Part shown: one piece after another, positions 60,739 to 64,000 of the stretch
How the letters are laid out: the number at the start of each line of letters is the position of its first letter
How positions within the stretch are numbered: the stretch's first letter is position 1
Source: an uncultured Rhodobacteraceae bacterium
GTDB taxonomy: Bacteria > Pseudomonadota > Alphaproteobacteria > Rhodobacterales > Rhodobacteraceae
NCBI GenBank assembly: GCA_937922155.1
Contig: CAKZVL010000049.1
Span: 9,004 to 73,003, forward strand
Length of the DNA: 64,000 bases
Direction: 5' to 3'
Notes under the pieces: model-generated
What the model saw: the letters and a program-made list of their open reading frames with translations, nothing else
Databases searched by the model: none
What the model was told of the DNA's origin: nothing
Made by a program: the position numbers and the translations under genes

Positions 60739-61731
60739 ATGGTCGAAGGCGTGAAATCGCGACAGTCTTTACCGGTTTACCGGTCAAATCATTTCGTCGC
60801 CACCGACGGTGTCGCCGAAGGGGATGGAATTTCGTTCGCTGATGAACTGATCTTGGATGATGTTTATCAATTGCGCCACGCCGCCAAACGCCAGATGCTT
60901 CGCTTGAATGTAGACGGACAAGACGGGTTCAAAATTGCCGGCGGCAGCGCCATTGGAATTCCCGGCAGTATCGTCGTGCTGGATTGCTGCATCACTCTGA
61001 TGGCCACCGATGGAACCACCTTAGAAGCCCTCATTCTGGTGGAGCTGCAGCCAGACGGCGTCGAAGACGTCTATTTCCTGCCTCTGGCAGAGCTTCATGT
61101 GGGGGCCGATTACCGGCTGGTCGGCTTAGACCGGCACGCCGCGACCAAGCGACTGGCAGAAGTGGCTTGTGTATCTTTCAGCCGTGGCACGAACATCACC
61201 ATGGCTTCCGGCCTTCAGGTCCCGATCGAGGATTTGAAAGTTGGCGATATGGTTCTGACCCGCGACGATGGCCCGCAGCCTGTGCGTTGGGTTGGCCAAA
61301 CGACATTGCGCGCAGTTGGCGAATTCGCCCCGGTCATGATCAAAAAAGGAACGCTGCACAACGTTCGCGACCTGATGTTAAGCCCAGATCACCGCATTTT
61401 CGTCTATCAACGCGAGGACAAGCTGGGCGCCGGTCGTAGTGAGGTTTTGATCAAAGTGCGTCACTTGATGGACGGCGAAACCGTTTATCAACAGGACGGC
61501 GGATTTGTTGATTACTTTCAGCTCCTGTTTGATGATCACCAGATTATTTTCGCAGAAGGCATCGCAGCGGAATCCTTGTTAATTGATCCACGGACACGCG
61601 CCGCCATTCCAGATGATGCAGAAGCATCACAAAACGAACATCAACATCGCGTGCATTTGGATTACGAGGTAAAGGAAAACCTGATCCCTCAAAGAGATGC
61701 GGTCGGCCTTTTGCGAAAGGCGTCGTTCTAA
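60739..61731 (+). CDS. Hint (Hedgehog/intein-like, BIL-type) domain protein
   Basis: The C-terminal ~150 aa have a Hint_2-like pattern. It runs from the Cys start CVSFSRGTNITMASG through KVGDMVLTRDDGPQPVRWVG and LSPDHRIF to the end IIFAEGIAAESLL. Confidence 0.75.
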   Translation: MVEGVKSRQSLPVYRSNHFVATDGVAEGDGISFADELILDDVYQLRHAAKRQMLRLNVDGQDGFKIAGGSAIGIPGSIVVLDCCITLMATDGTTLEALILVELQPDGVEDVYFLPLAELHVGADYRLVGLDRHAATKRLAEVACVSFSRGTNITMASGLQVPIEDLKVGDMVLTRDDGPQPVRWVGQTTLRAVGEFAPVMIKKGTLHNVRDLMLSPDHRIFVYQREDKLGAGRSEVLIKVRHLMDGETVYQQDGGFVDYFQLLFDDHQIIFAEGIAAESLLIDPRTRAAIPDDAEASQNEHQHRVHLDYEVKENLIPQRDAVGLLRKASF

Positions 61732-62298
61732 CTAATTCTGAGCGCCCGAAAACGACCCGTCAAAGACGTCGACCCCCAGATATGTTGTGACATTTCCATA
61801 CGCCACACCCGACACAATGCTCGCATCCTGACCTTTGAAATCCCCGCTGACGTTTCCAGCAATAACGGAATTGCGCAAACCATCGCCCGATAGCGTCCCG
61901 CTAATCCCTGCCCCAAAGGTATAATCAATCGTCGTATCGGTTGAACGTTCCAAAATCCCATCAGTCAAATAGATCCGCCCCAAAACGCTGTCCCCTGTCG
62001 GCCCGCTGAACCCATCCGCGTGCCCCGTCATCGCGCCCAGATTAGAGGCGAAATCGACGGTCAGAGACAAATCGCCCAGATAGGTTCCCCGCGCCGCACC
62101 CGGTTCGGCCCCATTGGGCAGGTTCAATGACAGAAAACCAGAATAGGTTGCCCGTCCATTGATCGGCAAACTGCCCGGGTCCGTAATAACGTCATCGTCC
62201 CCCATATCACCCAACGCCCCACTGCCAGAGCCATTGCCAGAACAGCCAACCGCCAAAACCAGCAATCCCAAGACCATCATTCGAAACAAAACCATCAT
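61732..62298 (-). CDS. Lipoprotein with a TbpB/factor-H-binding-like 8-stranded beta-barrel 'handle' domain
   Basis: Lipobox LAVGCSG. GRATYSG...LSLTVDF....+TG...GF pattern then repeated G..SG.F.G strands ending GSFSGAQN. Confidence 0.6.
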   Translation of the reverse strand: MMVLFRMMVLGLLVLAVGCSGNGSGSGALGDMGDDDVITDPGSLPINGRATYSGFLSLNLPNGAEPGAARGTYLGDLSLTVDFASNLGAMTGHADGFSGPTGDSVLGRIYLTDGILERSTDTTIDYTFGAGISGTLSGDGLRNSVIAGNVSGDFKGQDASIVSGVAYGNVTTYLGVDVFDGSFSGAQN

Positions 62299-62431
62299 CG
62301 GCAAACGCTGCCAGATCACGGTTAATGACAGGTAAACTAAACCCGTAATTGCCACATCATTTTTACATATCTACTTGCTTGCGGCATCCCAGCCATTGCC
62401 AAGGTGGTGCGTAATAACTACCACCCTGCTC

Positions 62432-64000
62432 ATGAACAACCGTGCCGAACTCCCTCCTGAAATTGCCCGCCGCCGTACCTTTGCGATCATCTCGCATCCG
62501 GATGCGGGGAAAACGACATTAACTGAAAAATTCTTGCTGTATGGTGGCGCGATCCAGATGGCGGGTCAGGTCCGCGCAAAAGGAGAAGCGCGCAGAACAC
62601 GTTCCGACTTTATGCAAATGGAAAAGGACCGCGGCATTTCTGTCAGCGCGTCCGCGATGTCGTTTGATTTTGAAAAATACCGCTTCAATCTTGTGGACAC
62701 GCCCGGTCACTCGGACTTTTCTGAGGATACCTATCGCACGCTCACCGCGGTTGATGCTGCAGTGATGGTGATTGACGGCGCGAAGGGCGTGGAAAGCCAG
62801 ACGCAAAAACTGTTCGAAGTATGCCGCCTGCGCGATCTCCCTATCTTGACGTTTTGTAACAAGATGGACCGCGAAAGCCGCGACACATTTGAGATTATTG
62901 ACGAAATCCAAGAAAACCTCGCCATAGACGTGACCCCTGCGGCATGGCCCATCGGCGTCGGCCGCGACTTTATCGGCACCTACGACATCCTGCGCGACCG
63001 GCTGGAATTGATGGACCGTGCGGATCGCAACAAGGTCGCCGAAAGCGTCGAAATCAATGGCCTTGATGATCCAAAACTGGAAGAGCTTGTTCCCGCAGAT
63101 TTGTTGGAAAAGTTCCTAGAAGAAATCGAAATGGCAAAAGAACTTTTGCCCACGCTGGATCATGAAAGCGTGCTGAATGGATCGATGACACCGATTTGGT
63201 TCGGTTCCGCGATCAATTCCTTTGGCGTCAAGGAACTGATGGATGGCATCGGCACCTATGGCCCCGAACCGCAAGTCCAACGCGCCCAACCCCGTGAAAT
63301 CGCACCCGAAGAAAAAAAGGTCGCAGGCTTTGTTTTCAAAGTTCAGGCGAACATGGATCCAAAACACCGCGACCGCGTCGCGTTCGTGCGCATGGCATCA
63401 GGCCATTTCACCCGCGGTCAAAAACTAACCCACGTGCGCAGCAAAAAGATTATGGCCATCACCAACCCGGTCATGTTCCTCGCCTCTGACCGGGAACTGG
63501 CAGAGGAAGCATGGGCCGGTGACATCATCGGCATTCCCAACCACGGGCAATTGCGCATCGGCGACACGCTGACCGAAGGCGAAGCCATTCGCGTGACAGG
63601 CATCCCGTCCTTTGCGCCCGAACTTCTTCAGGCTTGCCGCGCCGGCGATCCGCTCAAGGCAAAGCATCTGGAGAAAGCGCTGACGCAATTCGCCGAGGAA
63701 GGCGCTGCAAAGGTGTTCAAACCGACCTTTGGCTCTGGCTTTATCGTCGGCGTCGTGGGCGCATTGCAGTTCGAAGTGCTCGCCAGCCGGATCGAGATGG
63801 AATACGGCTTGCCCGTCCGCTTTGAACAATCCCAATTCACCTCCGCCCGCTGGGTGCATGGGGAAAAGGTCGCCGTGGACAGATTTGCCGAAGCCAACAA
63901 ACAACACATCGCAACCGACAACGACGGCGACATCGTATTCTTGACCCGCCTGCAATGGGACATCGACAGAGTTGGACGGGATTATCCAGACGTCACGCTC
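62432..64000 (+). CDS. prfC: Peptide chain release factor 3 (3' end truncated by the window)
   Basis: My own translation from the ATG at 62432 gives MNNRAELPPEIARRRTFAIISHPDAGKTTLTEKFLLYGGAIQMAGQVRAKGEARRTRSDFMQMEKDRGISV... The frame stays open to nt 64000. It is absent from the ORF track because it has no stop in the window. Confidence 0.9.
   Translation, partial: MNNRAELPPEIARRRTFAIISHPDAGKTTLTEKFLLYGGAIQMAGQVRAKGEARRTRSDFMQMEKDRGISVSASAMSFDFEKYRFNLVDTPGHSDFSEDTYRTLTAVDAAVMVIDGAKGVESQTQKLFEVCRLRDLPILTFCNKMDRESRDTFEIIDEIQENLAIDVTPAAWPIGVGRDFIGTYDILRDRLELMDRADRNKVAESVEINGLDDPKLEELVPADLLEKFLEEIEMAKELLPTLDHESVLNGSMTPIWFGSAINSFGVKELMDGIGTYGPEPQVQRAQPREIAPEEKKVAGFVFKVQANMDPKHRDRVAFVRMASGHFTRGQKLTHVRSKKIMAITNPVMFLASDRELAEEAWAGDIIGIPNHGQLRIGDTLTEGEAIRVTGIPSFAPELLQACRAGDPLKAKHLEKALTQFAEEGAAKVFKPTFGSGFIVGVVGALQFEVLASRIEMEYGLPVRFEQSQFTSARWVHGEKVAVDRFAEANKQHIATDNDGDIVFLTRLQWDIDRVGRDYPDVTL

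Overview
The window reads as chromosomal DNA from a marine Rhodobacteraceae (Roseobacter-group) alphaproteobacterium. This is inferred from a GC content of roughly 58%, a DddP-like DMSP lyase, VPLPA-CTERM tagged proteins, a Hint-domain protein, soxBDAG and the helABCDX-type ccm order. It is densely coding, with about 60 genes, and mostly housekeeping or metabolic. In order, it contains: a gamma-glutamyl-polyamine catabolic cluster (1-6043); a complete PHA locus phaR-phaP-phaC/phaZ (6111-10710); two VPLPA-CTERM secreted proteins; dddP; bioY; purB; a LuxR-type receptor pair next to an orphan fliG; acnA; ccmABCDG; secDF-yajC; serS; yfgM-bamB-der; an MFP plus an oversized RND pump; an Atm1-like ABC exporter; a LysM protein with an (EP)8 repeat; LOG; a third VPLPA-like protein; threonine dehydratase; sodB; soxBDAG; ccmI-ruvX; an orphan ABC ATPase; an SDR; a Hint-domain protein with an abutting lipoprotein; and prfC. 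prfC runs off the 3' end and is absent from the ORF track. I saw no rRNA, tRNA, CRISPR, IS element, integrase or prophage genes. Four signals are not explained by routine annotation. (1) A ~230-nt non-coding module occurs twice, and each copy carries four TGTGTAC-type heptamers at exact 11-bp phasing. (2) A divergent pair of AHL-receptor-domain paralogs has one member lacking any DNA-binding domain and apparently co-transcribed with an isolated fliG. (3) Three VPLPA-type C-terminal sorting tags occur with no sorting enzyme in the window. (4) A conserved ~32-nt element lies just after three stop codons. All functional calls rest on recognising motifs in the translated ORFs. No database search was run.
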